Position numbers and translations under genes: made by a program. Shown in pieces: positions 35,932 through 40,814 of a DNA stretch of 40,814 nt. The notes below the pieces were generated by a model, which saw nothing but the letters and a program-made list of their open reading frames with translations, did no database searches and was not told the DNA's origin. Each line of letters begins with the position of its first letter. Positions within the stretch are counted from its first letter, which is position 1. Origin of the DNA: a virus (Duplodnaviria; Caudoviricetes); the IMG/VR virus record IMGVR_UViG_3300022697_000073, positions 1 through 40,814 of that record; one strand, 5' to 3'.

Positions 35932-37449
35932 ATGAAGTTAAATGATTTTAGTAAAGGTTTATCCACTCGTATAGACCCTATTTTAATAGGCTTAAACGAG
36001 GCAGTAGTATATTCTAATATTGATAATACTAGTATGCTGTTAAAGTCTGCAAAAGACTATACAACAACTACTTCTTTAATATCTAAATGGTTTTATAGTT
36101 TTAGTTCTGTATGGTATAGTTCAACCTTAGAACGCGACTATGTAGAGTATACAGATAAACTATACTATACAGAGGAAGGCACAGTGCCAAGCAAGATAGT
36201 TAATGGTAACACTAAGTTAGTGGGTATAGCTCGGCCTCCTGCACCACTAACTGCAGTAGATGGAGGCGCAGGATCTATTTCTACATCTGCAGAGACTTTG
36301 CAGTATGCTTATACATATTATGATAGTACAGAGGGTGTAGAGAGTGAGCCCTCTGAATTTACACCTGATCTATTGTTAGGCGCGAATAAACAAGTTGACT
36401 TGACAGGATTTATACCTCCTATAAACCCTTCAGTAGATTTAATTCGACTATACAGAATAGGTGCTACTGCAACGGTATTCACACTGTTAGTTGAACTACC
36501 TATAACTACTACAGCCTATACGGACAATATACAAACTATAAATGCTATAGGTTATATATTAGATACTGTTGGTAAACAAGCACCTTTATCAGGTTTACAC
36601 TACTTAAAAGAAGCATATGGCATGCTATTCGCCTCTATTGGTTCTAATATAATGTATACTAATATAGGTGAGCCGGATGTATGGCCAACTTTAAATACAA
36701 TAGATGTGTATGGTACAATAACTGGTATACTACCTATACAAGAAGGTATACTCATTTGGACTAACAGAAAAATGTTTCTTTTGGTAGGGAGTACACCTGC
36801 AAAGTTTGCTATTGTCGATGTTAGTTCGGAGTACGGCTGTAACAGTAATAAAAGTTGTAGAGTAGTGTCTCAAATACCTGTATGGTCTTCTAATGATGGT
36901 ATCTGTTCTTATCAGGGAGGTATAATATCAGTGATATCTAAAGATAAACTAGGTACACAATCATATAATATTGTTAATACAATATTATATGACGAGCAAT
37001 ATTATATACTACTTACGGATGGAAGTTTACTTGTATTAGACATGAGGTTTGGCATAGTGTTTAAAAAGTTTACTTTTGCTAATAAAATAATAGATAATAT
37101 TGGAGTATTTAACAATGTGCTCTACGCTGTTATAGACGGGTATGTTACTACTTTATTTGACGGTACAGACATAGAGTTATCCTATACTTCACCGGAGATA
37201 ACTGAAGGGGACGCTTCAGTGTTCAAAATGTACAACAACGTATATGTTAGAGGTGATGGAGATTTCATATTTTCGGTCTTAATAGATCAAGTCGAAGTGC
37301 TTTCTAAGCGTTTAGAAGGGAATAAAATATTTGATATAAAAATACCTCAGGCAAAGCAAAGAGGTAGTTCTATACAGTTTATAATTTATGGTAAAGGTGC
37401 TATTAAAGAAATAGAATATAAAGTGATAGGAAGACAAAATGGTAGATAG
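35932..37449 (+). CDS. Tail nozzle / stabilisation (tubular B-like) protein
   Basis: 505 aa, DFSKGL start, beta-propeller-like content (GEPDVWP, YGC, SNDGI). Confidence 0.7.
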   Translation: MKLNDFSKGLSTRIDPILIGLNEAVVYSNIDNTSMLLKSAKDYTTTTSLISKWFYSFSSVWYSSTLERDYVEYTDKLYYTEEGTVPSKIVNGNTKLVGIARPPAPLTAVDGGAGSISTSAETLQYAYTYYDSTEGVESEPSEFTPDLLLGANKQVDLTGFIPPINPSVDLIRLYRIGATATVFTLLVELPITTTAYTDNIQTINAIGYILDTVGKQAPLSGLHYLKEAYGMLFASIGSNIMYTNIGEPDVWPTLNTIDVYGTITGILPIQEGILIWTNRKMFLLVGSTPAKFAIVDVSSEYGCNSNKSCRVVSQIPVWSSNDGICSYQGGIISVISKDKLGTQSYNIVNTILYDEQYYILLTDGSLLVLDMRFGIVFKKFTFANKIIDNIGVFNNVLYAVIDGYVTTLFDGTDIELSYTSPEITEGDASVFKMYNNVYVRGDGDFIFSVLIDQVEVLSKRLEGNKIFDIKIPQAKQRGSSIQFIIYGKGAIKEIEYKVIGRQNGR

Positions 37450-37609
37450 AATAAATATTCCCCTTGGTGTTGAGAAAGTTATTAAAGTTGAGGTGAAAGA
37501 TACTTCTGATCCTTTGCGCAAATTATTAATGGATACGCTTAATAGGATACAGATATTAGAAGATCAAGGTACAGATCATGAAACTCGTATAACCGCATTG
37601 GAACCTTAA
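37439..37609 (+). CDS. 56-aa coiled-coil virion protein (tail needle/plug-like)
   Basis: Read manually: MVDRINIPLG...RIQILEDQGTDHETRITALEP. Confidence 0.55.
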   Translation: MVDRINIPLGVEKVIKVEVKDTSDPLRKLLMDTLNRIQILEDQGTDHETRITALEP

Positions 37610-37611
37610 TA

Positions 37612-38022
37612 GTGAAAGTTAAAATCATACAAAATGAGAACTTTTTAGATCTTATAAGCTTAAACTATGAGATGTATAAATCAATAGATAGTAGTATAAA
37701 TAGTGTAGGAGCTACATCAACGTTAATGCATTTTTTAGCTCAGCCTGATTTTATTCCTTTTGGTTTATTTGATAATAACAATAAACTTGTTGGTTTTGTA
37801 ACAGGCTATAAATTTTCAAAAAATATGTTTCATTTTTCTGGAATTTATGTTATAATTAAAAATAATAGAAATTTAAAAAAATTAATAAATTTTTGTTTCG
37901 CTTATATAAAAGAATTGGGATATTCTACCTGGCAAGTTGATGCCACAAATGGTAACATCTCCTCGATAATGGAAAAGTATGGTGCAACTAAGCAGTATAC
38001 AAGATATGTTAAGGATTTATAA
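37612..38022 (+). CDS. GNAT-fold acetyltransferase-like protein
   Basis: LVGFV...FSGIYV...LINFCFAYIKELGY...MEKYGA; typical position before ejection genes. Confidence 0.65.
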   Translation: MKVKIIQNENFLDLISLNYEMYKSIDSSINSVGATSTLMHFLAQPDFIPFGLFDNNNKLVGFVTGYKFSKNMFHFSGIYVIIKNNRNLKKLINFCFAYIKELGYSTWQVDATNGNISSIMEKYGATKQYTRYVKDL

Positions 38023-38706
38023 ATGGGTAGCGTTATTGGTTCAATCACAGATGCAATAGGTCTTACACAGCATGGAAATGAAAGAAAGGCAGCAAAACTA
38101 GCAGCTCAAGCATCTGCGCAAGGCTTTGCAATGTCAAAGGAGTCTATTGCTTTAGCTAAAGAGCAACTTGCTTTTCAAAAACAGCAATATACTGATTGGC
38201 AAGGTATATATGGTGATATACAAACAAACTTAGGAGATTACTACAATAGTTTAACTCCTGATAAAATAGCAACTTTAGGGTTAGAAAATCAACAGAGAGA
38301 GTTCCAAGTTGTTAATGACTCTATAAAAAGAGATTTTGCCCAAAGAAACTTGCAAAACAGTGGACAAGAGACAGCTACTAAAACAAATGCTGCATATAGC
38401 AATGCCTCTGCTAGGGCACAGATAAGGACGAATGCTCCTAAGGAAGTGGCAGCTGAAAAACTTAAGTTCCTAGGTGTAGGTCTTGGTCAAGGAACACAAC
38501 TACTATCTAACATTGGTAATGCGGCTAGTAATATAACCAACTCATTTTCGTCAGGTGTAAATTCACGTACTAACATAGCAGGTCAATATTTAAGTCAACA
38601 AACTAGTTTGGCGACTACAGGAATGCAAAATACAGCACAAATATTAAGCAATTTTAGTTACTTACCAGGTGGTGGACCTAAAGGTGGTGCTGGATATGGG
38701 AGATAA
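38023..38706 (+). CDS. Small ejection (DNA pilot) protein
   Basis: MGSV start, rich in Ala/Gln/Gly/Ser, follows the GNAT. Confidence 0.65.
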   Translation: MGSVIGSITDAIGLTQHGNERKAAKLAAQASAQGFAMSKESIALAKEQLAFQKQQYTDWQGIYGDIQTNLGDYYNSLTPDKIATLGLENQQREFQVVNDSIKRDFAQRNLQNSGQETATKTNAAYSNASARAQIRTNAPKEVAAEKLKFLGVGLGQGTQLLSNIGNAASNITNSFSSGVNSRTNIAGQYLSQQTSLATTGMQNTAQILSNFSYLPGGGPKGGAGYGR

Positions 38707-38708
38707 TA

Positions 38709-40652
38709 ATGCCAATAGCATATAATGCAAGTTTAAGAAACACACAAGTAGATAGAACTGCTCAAAATGACAAAAGAGCTGAGTTAAGGCTTAAAAAGAA
38801 AGCTTTAGACGCTGAGTTAACTTCTAAAGGTTATAACCCTGATACACTGCAGATTATACCTAATTCTGCAGCAGATGTAGCACAACAACAAAATCAAATT
38901 ATGGCCCAAAGCATGCAAGCTTTACAAGGCAAACTTAGTGCACAAGATAGTGATAAAGCGCTTAAAGATTTTGCTCACACAGGAGATGCATCCTATCTAA
39001 GTAATGCCTTACACAATAATCCAGTGCTTAAGAAAGCATGGGGTGATCGCGGTGTTCAAGAGATAACTAATATAGATTTTAGTAACGATGGAAACTTATT
39101 AGCTCAAAGAGGATTTAACAAATCTGAATATGATACGCCAGAAAAGCAAAACATACTTAAAAAGAATATATATAAATACTTTGATGGTAAGGAGTGGAAA
39201 GTTGGTTTATTAAACAATGCAGTGAAAGAGACTGGTGCTACTCGCAGACTTGGAGCGAGAGACAGTTCTGTATTTAGTGATAACCATAAGGAGTTAAGAG
39301 ACTTTATGGGTGGTCCTAAGTCAAGTGCTAACACAGCTGAGGGCCATAAGTACGGCTATGAAATTAACAGAGCTACTGAAATTACTCAAGTGCCTGCTAA
39401 CCTATTAGCTGCTATGATGAACACAGAGAGTGGAGGTGATCCTAAAGCAATATCTAAGAGTGGCGCAAGCGGTTTAATGCAGTTAATGCCTGCTACAGCT
39501 GCAGAATTAGGTGTAAGAGATATAACTAACCCAGAGCAAAATATTCTTGGTGGTGCTCAGTATATGGCTAAGCTGTTAAAAAAGTATAATGGTAACACCC
39601 AATTAGCTTTAGCCGCTTATAATGCAGGTCCTGGTAATGTTGACAAATATAATGGTATACCTCCTTTTGCTGAAACACAAAATTATGTAAATAAGGTTAT
39701 GCAAAACTATACAGATGGTGAAAGTTATTATAATGCTGGGCAAGATCAAATACAACAAGGCAATCAATTAGGACAACAACCTCAAGTTAGACAATCAGTA
39801 ACAGATCCTAGCCAAGGTATTAATAATGCTAGACAATACTCAGACAATAGAATAGCTACAATACAGAATTTTGTTAGAGGTCAGGCACAAGCAAAAGCTG
39901 GTGTAGATCCTCAGTTGGAACAACGCAAAGCTGATACAGCTAGGATAACAGCAGAAGCTAAATTAGCAAAAGAAACGTCTACTACCGCTCAAAGAAACCT
40001 AGCTGCTTCTAGAAAAGAAATTACTAACCTTACAGACAGCTTTGGAGGTGAAGATAAGTTCTTTAAGACAGATTTTGGTAACCCTATTAATAGACGCAAA
40101 GCATGGTCTAGCGTAGCTGCTATTATGAAATTAGAGGGTACATCATTTACACCAGCAGATAAAAAGAACCTGGCTGATGTTAACAGTTTGTTAACCTTAG
40201 GTGAAGTTGCAACAGATATTAGTGCGGATAAAACGGGTTTGATAGACAAACAGCTCTCTACCTTTAAAACCTATCTTAGTGATAACGTAAAGGGTCTTGC
40301 AGCTAGGTCTGCTTATCAAGCATTTAGTAATACTTTATTACATGCCTTTGGTGGTTCTAATATGACAGCTCCTGAAATTGAAAGATTTGTATTAGCTTAT
40401 GGTTCATTAGGTCAACAAAAAGGTCCTGTACTAGTACAATTTAAAACTGCTCTTAACCAAGTTAAAGCTAAGTTAGAAAGTGTAACAAAAATGAACAATC
40501 CTTATGTAACAAAAGTTATATTAGGTAAAGACCAGGATAGAATGGATACAGTACTGAATAACATTAATAGTGTACTTGAGGCTGCTAAAGGTGTTTTACC
40601 AAAAGATAAAGTTGGTGCTAAATCATTAGATACTATTTTTGGAGGTAAATAA
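38709..40652 (+). CDS. Ejection protein with soluble lytic transglycosylase domain
   Basis: TESGGDPKAIS..GASGLMQLMPATA...ALAAYNAGPG...ETQNYV. Confidence 0.9.
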   Translation: MPIAYNASLRNTQVDRTAQNDKRAELRLKKKALDAELTSKGYNPDTLQIIPNSAADVAQQQNQIMAQSMQALQGKLSAQDSDKALKDFAHTGDASYLSNALHNNPVLKKAWGDRGVQEITNIDFSNDGNLLAQRGFNKSEYDTPEKQNILKKNIYKYFDGKEWKVGLLNNAVKETGATRRLGARDSSVFSDNHKELRDFMGGPKSSANTAEGHKYGYEINRATEITQVPANLLAAMMNTESGGDPKAISKSGASGLMQLMPATAAELGVRDITNPEQNILGGAQYMAKLLKKYNGNTQLALAAYNAGPGNVDKYNGIPPFAETQNYVNKVMQNYTDGESYYNAGQDQIQQGNQLGQQPQVRQSVTDPSQGINNARQYSDNRIATIQNFVRGQAQAKAGVDPQLEQRKADTARITAEAKLAKETSTTAQRNLAASRKEITNLTDSFGGEDKFFKTDFGNPINRRKAWSSVAAIMKLEGTSFTPADKKNLADVNSLLTLGEVATDISADKTGLIDKQLSTFKTYLSDNVKGLAARSAYQAFSNTLLHAFGGSNMTAPEIERFVLAYGSLGQQKGPVLVQFKTALNQVKAKLESVTKMNNPYVTKVILGKDQDRMDTVLNNINSVLEAAKGVLPKDKVGAKSLDTIFGGK

Positions 40653-40814
40653 TGAAGACAGATAATAAAACGCTTCAAGATTTATTTCGAATAAGCTATG
40701 ATGTATATTACGAGTCTCGTAAAGAGGCTGAAGAGGTTATTAACCTATACCATAATAGACATTATACTAGATCTCAACTTGCAACATTAAAAGATAGAGG
40801 TCAACCACCTGAAA
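40652..40814 (+). CDS. Portal protein, N-terminal part (continues at the window start)
   Basis: GGAGG RBS, TAATG coupling, in frame across the overlap. Confidence 0.85.
   Translation, partial: MKTDNKTLQDLFRISYDVYYESRKEAEEVINLYHNRHYTRSQLATLKDRGQPPE
40716..40814. repeat. 99-bp terminal overlap identical to 1-99
   Basis: Exact match. Confidence 0.97.

Noticed and set aside
40716-40814. Biological direct terminal repeat
   Set aside because: It is exactly 99 bp and lies inside the portal ORF, which is typical of an assembler overlap on a circular contig.
1-40814. Temperate lifestyle or alternative genetic code
   Set aside because: No integrase, partition or clear repressor module is seen, and genes are full length under the standard code with all three stop codons in use.

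Overview
The window is very probably a complete, circularly assembled dsDNA tailed-phage genome of about 40,715 bp. Bases 40716-40814 repeat bases 1-99 exactly, and the portal ORF reads in frame across the junction. It is AT-rich, podovirus-like, has no recognisable integrase or repressor (probably lytic), and probably infects a Gram-negative host. The + strand (31561-40814, continuing 1-9409) carries scaffold, major capsid, decoration, adaptor, tail, ejection proteins (one with a lytic transglycosylase), portal, a collagen-like fibre and lysis genes. The - strand carries terminase genes (31405-29003), then an AT-rich stretch of ~1.6 kb with no ORF of 60 aa or more that is dense in repeats and promoters, then early and replication genes (27365-9532): primase-helicase, Dda-like helicase, SSB, family A polymerase, 5'-3' exonuclease, SF2 helicase, ligase and VRR-NUC nuclease. 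The best candidate for an undescribed system is the nucleotide-metabolism block next to the polymerase. It has a thymidylate-synthase homologue with Asp at the Asn177 specificity position (a dCMP-type signature), a MazG-like pyrophosphatase, a dCMP-deaminase/DUF5664 fusion, and a PolA whose steric-gate Glu is Gln. Also notable are a dispersed ~85-95 bp palindromic element in four copies, a tRNA-like element with an 8-nt anticodon loop, a small protein with an SSB-type DDDIPF tail, an HK97-type prohead protease in the early region, and possible ART-like and GNAT-like domains in ejection proteins. All calls come from reading motifs by eye; no database searches were run.
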